Shown: positions 1 through 8,145 of the stretch, in pieces | Layout of the letters: each line of letters starts with the position of its first letter | How positions within the stretch are numbered: position 1 is the stretch's first letter | Source of the DNA: a virus | IMG/VR virus record: IMGVR_UViG_3300043788_000040 | Location: 1 to 64,000 of that record | Strand: one strand, 5' to 3' | Length of the DNA: 64,000 nt | Notes under the pieces: generated by a model | The model's input: only the letters and a program-made list of their open reading frames with translations | Databases searched by the model: none | What the model was told of the DNA's origin: nothing | Made by a program: the position numbers and the translations under genes

Positions 1-129
1 CAACCCCAATTTCTGGACGGTAGAGATTACGCTGCCTTACCCGCCGCCGTATCCGATCATAGGCATGAACTCGCACATGGTAGTCTCAATTGACTTTGTG
101 CAAGATTCAGTCTATCTGGACGTAGCAGT

Positions 130-657
130 CTAAAGCCCACCGTTGTCAGGATAAATCAACGCTGCACGCTTGAGCCAGTTCTTGAGGAACGGAGCATCAG
201 CAGGATTATTTGCGACCACTTGCTTATCCCAAGCAGCCCGCTGGGCACGGAGATTGACTGCGAGAGTCGGTTGGTCAGCATTCTGAATCAGTTGAAGAGT
301 GTGTGGTCCGATCACGCCATCCTGTGTCGTGCCGAGAAGTATTTGAAGTTCCTTCACCGCACGGGACACGCCCGTGTTGACTCCAAAATCCATCATCACG
401 CTCGCAAGTCCGTCATCGTTGACGGAGTCCAAGTGGAGTGGGTGCCAGTACTGGTTGGCGTAAATCTGCTCCGCCATGAAGAGAGCCGTCGCCACGTCCG
501 TGGTGTAGAAGCTTGCGGGCACCTCGGGGTGCGCGTTGCTGGCGATTCCGAAACGAGTCATGCCACCGCTGTCGCCGGGTAGGTTCGTGACCACGCCGGA
601 GAGCGTGGAGTCCTCAAACCGAATAACCCACTTGATGATGCCGTCTTTGTTTGCCAT
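130..657 (-). CDS. Endolysin, glycoside hydrolase family 108 with C-terminal peptidoglycan-binding region
   Basis: E..(N)xPGDSGGMTRFGI motif, YxxxYW, DFGVNTG, LQ..LG...DGVIGPxT, C-terminal FLKNWLKR. Confidence 0.85.
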   Translation of the reverse strand: MANKDGIIKWVIRFEDSTLSGVVTNLPGDSGGMTRFGIASNAHPEVPASFYTTDVATALFMAEQIYANQYWHPLHLDSVNDDGLASVMMDFGVNTGVSRAVKELQILLGTTQDGVIGPHTLQLIQNADQPTLAVNLRAQRAAWDKQVVANNPADAPFLKNWLKRAALIYPDNGGL

Positions 658-689
658 TTTTCAACCCTCGCTAAAGGGTTGGAAATGGC

Positions 690-911
690 TTATTTAGGGG
701 ATTGCGTGCCGCACATCTGAGGGACTCGGGGGCTGAAGCAGTTCGCGCAGATCGTGATGCCTCTGGTGTCAGTACCGCACATGTGGACGCCATTGTGCTT
801 GCACCGGAGGCGACGAATGAACCACGTGTTCCTCCAGAAGAAGTAGTACACGGGCCACCAGATGTCACGCCAGCGGAGTTCTCGTTCGGGCTTGACTTGC
901 CAGTCGCTCAC
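690..911 (-). CDS. Small hypothetical Cys-rich protein
   Basis: 73 aa ORF coupled to the upstream ORF; CKH...CANC. Confidence 0.5.
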   Translation of the reverse strand: MSDWQVKPERELRWRDIWWPVYYFFWRNTWFIRRLRCKHNGVHMCGTDTRGITICANCFSPRVPQMCGTQSPK

Positions 912-1201
912 TTGGTGTACGTGTTCCGAAAGGAGATTAGGGAGTCAAGGACAGCTTCAATGGTTCCCTTGCCAAGCTTCGTGTCATCTGCAATGAGCGC
1001 CACGACGGCACGACGATTGAGTCCGATGTCGTAGAGCTTCTTCACCGTGTCGCCAATCTGGACGATAGAGGACGCAAGGACTTCCTTGGTGATCCGCTTC
1101 TCGGTGCCTTTCCACGCCGCGTGCGCCGGGCGGACGCAGCCGTAGCTGCCTTCCTCGTCAAAGCAGATCGCGCACTCGGGTTTGAGCTTCGCCTTTGCCA
1201 T
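908..1201 (-). CDS. Hypothetical protein
   Basis: ATG (MAKAKL) overlaps the upstream stop (TAATG coupling). Confidence 0.6.
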   Translation of the reverse strand: MAKAKLKPECAICFDEEGSYGCVRPAHAAWKGTEKRITKEVLASSIVQIGDTVKKLYDIGLNRRAVVALIADDTKLGKGTIEAVLDSLISFRNTYTK

Positions 1202-1482
1202 TAGCGTGGCCCCGCATAGTTCGTGCCTTCGGGTTCGCAATCACACGGCTCGCCGGGGATGTGCGGATCGGTCGGCAGATGGACGTGCGTGCCGGAATCA
1301 CCGGGAGGTGCCCCAGCGGCCGCCATCTTGCGGACTTCGGCGTCGTCAATGTGGGTTGCATTCTTGGTGCAAGCGTCCCACAGATTGGCGATGCCCACGC
1401 CTTCCGTAGGGTGAGCGTGGTACGTCAGCAAGACGTGGACGAGGTACTCGTGCAGCACGTCCGGCAGTTGAATGACTTTCAT
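1201..1482 (-). CDS. Hypothetical protein
   Basis: 93 aa ORF tightly packed in the operon, GAGG RBS. Confidence 0.55.
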   Translation of the reverse strand: MKVIQLPDVLHEYLVHVLLTYHAHPTEGVGIANLWDACTKNATHIDDAEVRKMAAAGAPPGDSGTHVHLPTDPHIPGEPCDCEPEGTNYAGPR

Positions 1483-1497
1483 AGAGCCTCTCTGGCT

Positions 1498-2073
1498 CTA
1501 ATACTGAAAGTTCTCCGCGAGGGATTGATTATCCACCGTTGAAGGCGGTGGGGGTGGAACTGGCTGCGGGAATGGCAGCAGGTTCGGCACCGGGGTCTGC
1601 ATCACAGTGACCAGCGGCGGTTCCGGCTCCACGTAAAGCAGCAGTTCTCGCAGCTTGGCAGTCGGTTTGACGTTCAATTCCGTAGTCACGATGTTAAGCC
1701 AAGGACGCCAGTTGCCCGCGTAGACTCGCGACACTTGCGCAAGTGTCATATCAGGCTTGAATCGTCTTGACCGACCGTCAACCATCTTGGACAGGTAGTC
1801 CCGAAGCGCCGCCCATCCTGCGGCGTCGTTCTCAAACACTATGTGACCGCCCTTGCCCAGCGTTTTCTGACCGGGGAGCGGATCGTAGATCGCGGCGGAC
1901 TTCAAGTCGCCGGGGTTGTGGTATCTCGTCGGAATCGCGTGATGGACTCCGAAACCTTCGGCATGCGCCACGGCGGCAGCAAAGGAGTTTAGCTTTTGCC
2001 TGTCCAAAGTCTGACCCTGCACAACGGCTGGCAGCAGGGACAAACCCAAGACCAGCAATAGTTTAGCTTTCAT
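1498..2073 (-). CDS. Signal-peptide-bearing lysozyme-like protein
   Basis: N-terminal signal peptide; AEGF...HNPGDL...F....GW.AL...YA motif typical of phage NNPGNL lysozyme-fold proteins; GGAGG RBS. Confidence 0.6.
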   Translation of the reverse strand: MKAKLLLVLGLSLLPAVVQGQTLDRQKLNSFAAAVAHAEGFGVHHAIPTRYHNPGDLKSAAIYDPLPGQKTLGKGGHIVFENDAAGWAALRDYLSKMVDGRSRRFKPDMTLAQVSRVYAGNWRPWLNIVTTELNVKPTAKLRELLLYVEPEPPLVTVMQTPVPNLLPFPQPVPPPPPSTVDNQSLAENFQY

Positions 2074-2228
2074 TGTTTCCTCCGTAAGGAATAGTAGTTT
2101 ACAGTCATGTCAGCGTTTCGTCCTTCCGTAAAATACAGATTAGGAAGGACTTAGTTGTATGTTTCCTCCTGAAAACACGAAAGGGAGCATCACGGCGATG
2201 GTACGCTTGGATGCTCCCCAGCAGATAC

Positions 2229-2257
2229 ATAATACCTGAAAGTTGGGAAAGAGTCAA
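2229..2257 (-). promoter_or_regulatory. Sigma70-type promoter TTGACT-N17-TATTAT
   Basis: Near-consensus hexamers with 17 nt spacer in intergenic DNA upstream of the lysis cluster. Confidence 0.6.
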
Positions 2258-2290
2258 GGGTTTTCGCCTTGACCCTTTGTTTTCAACAGT

Positions 2291-5200
2291 TTAGATCGTT
2301 GAAGAGAAGCGGGTCGGGACGTGAGGTTCGTAGATGAAGGTCATCGTCTGGGTGAGCGGGTCATAGGCGACCACACGACCGATGCAGATGACCCAGCCCA
2401 CTGCGAGGGCGCTGCTGAACGGGCCGATCCCGAACGGGCCAGCGCCGAAGACGCCGCCAGCCGATCCGGTAGTCATGGAAGCATAGTCCTGCGTCAGCCT
2501 TCCGTCCAGTCCGACGTATAGCAAGCCGCCGACTTCAATTTGGTCACTCGCGGTGACCGGGGACAGGAAGTATTGCTCGCCGTAGTACGCAGTGACCGTC
2601 ACCGACTGCCCCTGCGCACCGGAAGTCAGAGTGACACCGTCTGGGTTTGGCGCAAGTACAGCACCGGAGGCGTCAATGGCGTAGAGTATAGACCCCGTGT
2701 CTGCGGCGTCGTACGGCGTGGGCAGCGCCCAAGCCGGGATCACCAACGAGGAGTCCATCGCAATTATCAGTGGGCTAACTGAGGTGACCGTCCCCGTGAT
2801 ACCGTTTAGGAAATCAGCGGTGCCCATCCCAGAGAACACAACCAAGTTGCCAACTGCGAAGTTGTTCGCGTTGACAGTAGCAGTGACGATGTACGACCCT
2901 GAACTTCCGGTGATGTGGATGTGGCTGATCGTGGGGACGAACGGGTCTATTGGAGTTGCCTTACCGTCTATCGTCTCAATGCCGATAGCCGTCAACGCGG
3001 GTACGGGCTGCGTGACCCAGATTGGTAGCGGACTGTCCAAGTCGTAGGTGCGTGTGTGCCCCTGCGCGGACACGGTGTTTCCCCCGCCTCCCGGTGAGGT
3101 GACCTGCGACAGGATCATGCTGAACGTGCTGGTCGGCTCTATGTCGGCGGTACCGCTTATCAAGTTGGTCGAGGCGAGCACCTTCACCACGTCGCCCACG
3201 GCGAACGGCTGCGTGAACGTGACGTTGGTCGTGGTCGGCCCGGCGACGGTCGTGGTGCTGGAGGCCGTCGCTACGACCGTCGTTACGAGTCCAACGGTCT
3301 TCGTCACGGTGATCGTGTAAGTTCCAGCGGAGGGCACAGTCCACACGAACATGCCGATGCCGTTGTAAGTGCCCGCCGCTTGGATGGTGAACAGACCCGG
3401 TTGAATCGTGGTGACGTTGCCCGTGAAGTCAAAGTCCTGCGGAAGCTGTAGTGCGTCAAAGTTGACCTGTGCGTTGGTTCCCGGTGGCACGGCGGTGATC
3501 GTCGTGTACACGGAGACGTGAAACCCGATCTGCTGCGTGGCTTGGAGTAGTGCGTTCGCATTGTTGATCGCATTCGTGATGGACGTCTGCATGTTGTTCT
3601 TCCAGACGTTGATTCCAGCGTAGCTGAGGTTCGTGCGCAGCATGGCTATCTGCGTGGGAATCGAGAGGGATTGGATGTCCGGGCGTGCGAGAAACGCAAC
3701 CGGGTTGAAATCCATGCTGTTGACCCAGCCGTTGTCGTTCACGTTGGGACTGAAGCTACTCGGCGGAACTGTGACGGGCTGAACCGGAATGACAGGCAGC
3801 GGTGTGCCAGGTGTCCAGGTGCGGCTGCGTGACGCAACGTCCTGAAGCAGCGAGTTATACGCGGTGGGGTCTCCCAAAGGATTGATCGCGCCGTTGAGAA
3901 TCTCGGGATACGTCGCAGCGAACTGGACGAGGTACGGGTCTTGCGCAAGGAATATCGCCAAGTTGTTGGCGAAGTCCCTCCAGAACTGGCTGAAGCGGTC
4001 AACCTGTGTAGCCAGTGCGAACTGGTTGTACGTGTAGCGGCTCGCAATACGCGGCGACAGGTATGAAACGTCGGCGTTAATGTCGGCTGACGCAAGATCA
4101 ATCACGATATTCATGGTCTGCTGAAACGAGGTCGGGAACTTGATAGGCACCGGAAATTCTGCTGTGCCAGTGCCAAGAGTCACGTTGGCGGCCGATGTAG
4201 AAACCGCCGTGGGCTGGTAATCCAAGTCTGCCCCTGTCGCACCAGCCAAGTACGAGTTGTCTTGGCGTGAATCCCACTGCGGGTTGCGTGTGTAGCCCAG
4301 CAGCGACGCCTCAATGTAGGAAAGCTGCCAAAGCAGATGGCTAAGCTCGTTCGGCGTAAGGCTGGCAAACGTCTGAAGCAGCGGAATCTGTGGAACGTTG
4401 GAGTAGATCGTGTTCGCCGGGGCGGGTTCCCACATAGTCGCATCGGAGCCGGGCACCACGTCCGTGTTGGCAGCGATGGCGAGCCAAGTGCTACCGTTAT
4501 ACGTGACCACGTCGTTGACGGCATACGCAGTGGTGGTGTTCCACGTGCTCATCCAAAAGAAGTTTGTCAAGCCGAGGACGTCGTTCCACGGCACCGCGAG
4601 GGTTGTCACGGCGTTGAGTGATGGCTGGATGTACTGTTGGTACACAGCCTCAAAGTTGGGAATCCAGACACCGCCTCTACCCTGCCTGTCAAGGCTGAGG
4701 TAAATCAACCATGCGGCGGTGAGCAGCGGATCAAAATTGGATGCGACGATGTTTCCGAGGTTCACGAAGCTGATCAAATCCTTGCGAAGCTGGAGATCAC
4801 GAAGCGTGAAGTTGGGATTGCTGTAGTCCGGGTCGCCGACGAAGACCGTGTTCCCCCGGAGGGCGGGGACGATGCTCACGATGAAGTTGTTGAGACCCAA
4901 AATCTGCCAGTCTGAGATGATGTAGTGCGGGTCCGGCAACGCTCCTAGCATGTTCTGCAACGGGTTAAACGCAGTGCTGAACACCGGGTTGGTGGTGTTC
5001 GTCTGCATCGTGTTGATGAACGTTGGGTCAGTCAGGTCTTGGTTCGGATTCACCACGCTGCCGCTGAACGGTGGCACAAAGTATGTTGAGGAACCGAATG
5101 TCAACCCGCTGTTGTTGGTCAAGATAATCGGGTTTGACACGAACGAACTAGGCATCGTCGTTGGTCCGAACGAGCAGTTCGCAAACGTGAAGTTGAAGTC

Positions 5201-5773
5201 AAAGTCCGTGTTTGATTTGAATGCAGCGAATAGGGCGAGTGGCGAGAACAGGAAGCCGTTCCAGTTCCAAAGCATCTCTGGGAACAGGTTAGGAATAGAC
5301 GGTAGCGCAGGCAAGCCCCAGTTGCAGATGTTGTTCAGCAGGTTTGAGATGCTGTTGAGCGTTCCCTGCACCATGGCGAGCATGGACTGTTCCATGGAGA
5401 GAAGCGTGGTGATGTTGCTCTCAAGCGCCTGCACAAGTTCCTGAATCTCTACTTGGAGGCGTTGCGCTGTCTGAAGGATGCTGATTGAATCGCCAGCATA
5501 CAGCGGGGCACGCACCTGCCTGCCGTTCTGTCCGTCCACGGCGAGAGAATTCATGTGGTTGTACGAGATGATGTACTCGTCCAAAAGCTGCTTCTTCTGG
5601 AGAAGCCAGTTGTTCGCGTCGGCTATGCTGCACTCAAGGAAGCGCCCCTGCTCCATGGAGACCGGGTAGAATTTGGAGATGGTGGGGTCGTTGAGCGGTT
5701 GTGTCCTAACAACAGCGCCCTTCGCTTTGATCGGCCACAATAGGGCCTGGTTTTCGGCGTCTGTGAGTCCCAT
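2291..5773 (-). CDS. Large virion/baseplate-tail protein with CBM5/12-like module
   Basis: 1160 aa; WNTTTAYAVNDVVTYNGSTWLA...PG....W carbohydrate-binding motif; beta-rich C-terminus; within the tail module. Confidence 0.7.
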   Translation of the reverse strand: MGLTDAENQALLWPIKAKGAVVRTQPLNDPTISKFYPVSMEQGRFLECSIADANNWLLQKKQLLDEYIISYNHMNSLAVDGQNGRQVRAPLYAGDSISILQTAQRLQVEIQELVQALESNITTLLSMEQSMLAMVQGTLNSISNLLNNICNWGLPALPSIPNLFPEMLWNWNGFLFSPLALFAAFKSNTDFDFNFTFANCSFGPTTMPSSFVSNPIILTNNSGLTFGSSTYFVPPFSGSVVNPNQDLTDPTFINTMQTNTTNPVFSTAFNPLQNMLGALPDPHYIISDWQILGLNNFIVSIVPALRGNTVFVGDPDYSNPNFTLRDLQLRKDLISFVNLGNIVASNFDPLLTAAWLIYLSLDRQGRGGVWIPNFEAVYQQYIQPSLNAVTTLAVPWNDVLGLTNFFWMSTWNTTTAYAVNDVVTYNGSTWLAIAANTDVVPGSDATMWEPAPANTIYSNVPQIPLLQTFASLTPNELSHLLWQLSYIEASLLGYTRNPQWDSRQDNSYLAGATGADLDYQPTAVSTSAANVTLGTGTAEFPVPIKFPTSFQQTMNIVIDLASADINADVSYLSPRIASRYTYNQFALATQVDRFSQFWRDFANNLAIFLAQDPYLVQFAATYPEILNGAINPLGDPTAYNSLLQDVASRSRTWTPGTPLPVIPVQPVTVPPSSFSPNVNDNGWVNSMDFNPVAFLARPDIQSLSIPTQIAMLRTNLSYAGINVWKNNMQTSITNAINNANALLQATQQIGFHVSVYTTITAVPPGTNAQVNFDALQLPQDFDFTGNVTTIQPGLFTIQAAGTYNGIGMFVWTVPSAGTYTITVTKTVGLVTTVVATASSTTTVAGPTTTNVTFTQPFAVGDVVKVLASTNLISGTADIEPTSTFSMILSQVTSPGGGGNTVSAQGHTRTYDLDSPLPIWVTQPVPALTAIGIETIDGKATPIDPFVPTISHIHITGSSGSYIVTATVNANNFAVGNLVVFSGMGTADFLNGITGTVTSVSPLIIAMDSSLVIPAWALPTPYDAADTGSILYAIDASGAVLAPNPDGVTLTSGAQGQSVTVTAYYGEQYFLSPVTASDQIEVGGLLYVGLDGRLTQDYASMTTGSAGGVFGAGPFGIGPFSSALAVGWVICIGRVVAYDPLTQTMTFIYEPHVPTRFSSTI

Positions 5774-8142
5774 TAGCTGTTCTCGTCGGACGTGTACAAC
5801 CCTTGGTTGTTCACGATGTCCGGTGCCTCGGTCGTGTCACGCACGAGGGAGGATGTGATTCTCTTCTGCTGTGTTTCTACGTTGTCCGTCTTGACGATCT
5901 GGCGACGAGACGTGTACTCAAGCGTGGCATCGCCCGAGCAATAGTAGTTCAAGTTCCCGCGCTGGCTGATGTCAATGTCCCCGTCAATCATGAGGCGCAG
6001 CGCCTTGCCCTGCTTGTTCGCCTTGATCGTGATCTCCACACCACCCTCAAGCGCAGCCGTAATGGAACGCCCTTGGTTATCGGTGCCGAGATCAAAAACG
6101 AGACCGCCTGCCGTGTCAATCAGGATTGACTGCTTTGAGTCCGGGTTCGCTCCGACACGGAGGAGGATGTCCCTCACAGCATGTAAGTCAAGAGACTGCC
6201 CGTGTGAATCCATTGGCGAACTGGGCTGCGACTGACTCGTGATCGGTGTGCCAGACCAGACGTAAGGCGCTTGGAAAGTTGACGGCAAGATCGGTGAGCC
6301 TGCCTGCGTAAGATCGTGGAACTGGTAGATTGAGTCCCCAGCGCCGTAATCTGCACGATAGCTCTTTGAGTCAATACGTGCGGCGTCGTTGATACCGTAT
6401 GCGTGCTTACCGGGTCCGTCTTGATAACCGTTGTACAGATGGCGACGCTTGGCTGCCGGGTCTTTCGCACCGAGGCGCAGCACGGTACCGCCGTCAAACG
6501 CACCACGCAGCGAGACGCTCTCGCCTCCGGTCTTCATGGTCAAGCTGCCCGCGTCGCCGGGCTTGAGCACGACGCCATTCTGGTTCCAGAACTGGAGAAC
6601 ACGGTCGGAGACCATGTCTTTCTGACTCCTGATCTGCGTCTGGGTCACACGCCCGTCGTTACGTGTTGGGTTGGGGATTGAGGTATCGTCCGAACCGAGG
6701 CGCAACACAACCTGCCCGAGGGCGGTGAGGTCAAGCGATTCTTCCTCGCTGCGGTTCTTGCCAACAACGACTTGGGCGGAACCTACGAGGTTTGCTTCAA
6801 GGGAGCGTCCTGCGCCGAAGGGATATTCGTAGCCTTTCGCCGGGAGTAGGGGGATGTTCTCCTTCGGAAGCGTGCTTCCGATCTCCATCTGCACTAAGCC
6901 TTCTTTGGTGACGTTCACACGGGTTGTGTTCTGCTCGTATGGAAAACGAATTGCAAAACATGATGCGGCGAGTCTCGCTTCTGCGTGATCCGTGGAATCG
7001 GTCACGGGTAGGTAGCCAGACTCCACGGCGCTTCCGAACTTGCCGAGGTACGCCTGCTTCTGGGAACCGACGAAAAGCTGCGGCTTGAGCACCTTGCCGT
7101 AAGTGCTGGGGTCGTAAAGGTTGTAGCCGACCAGTGTACCCGCAGCCTTCTCCAGAATATAGCCCCGGCGCTGAGGTGTTGCGCCTTCGTTTGAAGTTGG
7201 GCCTACGGGAATTACACGGTCATCAAACGGGTCATCCGCACCTTGGTTGATGACGAACGATTCGTTGTCAAATGCCGGGATCGTGCCGTTCGCCGGAGTC
7301 ACCGTCGTGCGGAGCCACGGGTCTGCGGTCGTGCCTAGAATGGTGTCAAGGAGCGAGGTCTGCAACGTCTCGTAGGGTACTGGATAATCCAGCGAGTACT
7401 CCTGCACAAGTTCGGTGTTCTCGCTGAACGGAATCACGTCCTGCTTCCCGCTGATGTAACGGTCGGACGGCTGGGCACCAGGCTGCAAATACGCGATTGA
7501 GTCGCTTGTACCGTCCGGTAAGAGCGTGGGGACTAGGTTTGGAGCGGTAGGGCGGTTGACTGAGCCTTGGTACGAGACGCCTGCGTCGCTATATGTGACC
7601 CTGCGCCCGGCAATCGTAGTCCATTGGCGCTTGTCGGAGTCCAACTTGTCACGGGAAAAGTCAGCGCCCTGTCTGTCCCAAGCGGTGTCAACCCTCTCGG
7701 AAAACCCGCCCGAATACGTCGCTGTCTTTGAACCAGGGTACGCCTTACGGTACGAAAGACGGCGGCGGTCGGAATAGCCTTGGATGCGGTCGCCTGTGAG
7801 CGGTCGGTTGGCGATGGCGTCAATGCCCTGCAAGCGCTGCTGCTGAATCCACGCCACGACCATCGGGAACTTGAAGCCGCCGTGACCATACTCGTAGTTG
7901 GTGGCGATTCCCCATGCGCCCTGTTCGGGCATGTTGATGTCAATCTCTTCCTGCGAAGAGACGTTCGCCGGGAACATGCTGACCTCGTTGTAGATCATGC
8001 TGTTCTTGAGGTCACGTAGAGTCAAGACACGGCGCTCGTAGTCCACCGACAGCACTTCAACGAGATAAAGCTCGTTCGCCATGCGCTGGCGGTCACGCTC
8101 GAATGGTGCTTGCGGGTAGTGCCTTGTGTTGTCTCGAATCAT
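5773..8142 (-). CDS. Baseplate central spike (gp5/VgrG-like) protein
   Basis: N-terminal OB-fold-like V.SVDYE...MPEQG; C-terminal beta-repeat; follows the hub gene. Confidence 0.55.
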   Translation of the reverse strand: MIRDNTRHYPQAPFERDRQRMANELYLVEVLSVDYERRVLTLRDLKNSMIYNEVSMFPANVSSQEEIDINMPEQGAWGIATNYEYGHGGFKFPMVVAWIQQQRLQGIDAIANRPLTGDRIQGYSDRRRLSYRKAYPGSKTATYSGGFSERVDTAWDRQGADFSRDKLDSDKRQWTTIAGRRVTYSDAGVSYQGSVNRPTAPNLVPTLLPDGTSDSIAYLQPGAQPSDRYISGKQDVIPFSENTELVQEYSLDYPVPYETLQTSLLDTILGTTADPWLRTTVTPANGTIPAFDNESFVINQGADDPFDDRVIPVGPTSNEGATPQRRGYILEKAAGTLVGYNLYDPSTYGKVLKPQLFVGSQKQAYLGKFGSAVESGYLPVTDSTDHAEARLAASCFAIRFPYEQNTTRVNVTKEGLVQMEIGSTLPKENIPLLPAKGYEYPFGAGRSLEANLVGSAQVVVGKNRSEEESLDLTALGQVVLRLGSDDTSIPNPTRNDGRVTQTQIRSQKDMVSDRVLQFWNQNGVVLKPGDAGSLTMKTGGESVSLRGAFDGGTVLRLGAKDPAAKRRHLYNGYQDGPGKHAYGINDAARIDSKSYRADYGAGDSIYQFHDLTQAGSPILPSTFQAPYVWSGTPITSQSQPSSPMDSHGQSLDLHAVRDILLRVGANPDSKQSILIDTAGGLVFDLGTDNQGRSITAALEGGVEITIKANKQGKALRLMIDGDIDISQRGNLNYYCSGDATLEYTSRRQIVKTDNVETQQKRITSSLVRDTTEAPDIVNNQGLYTSDENS

Positions 8143-8145
8143 GGT

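Noticed and set aside
2100-2160. Hammerhead ribozyme (GTCC...GGAC-GAAAC on the minus strand)
   Set aside because: The CUGANGA core is absent.
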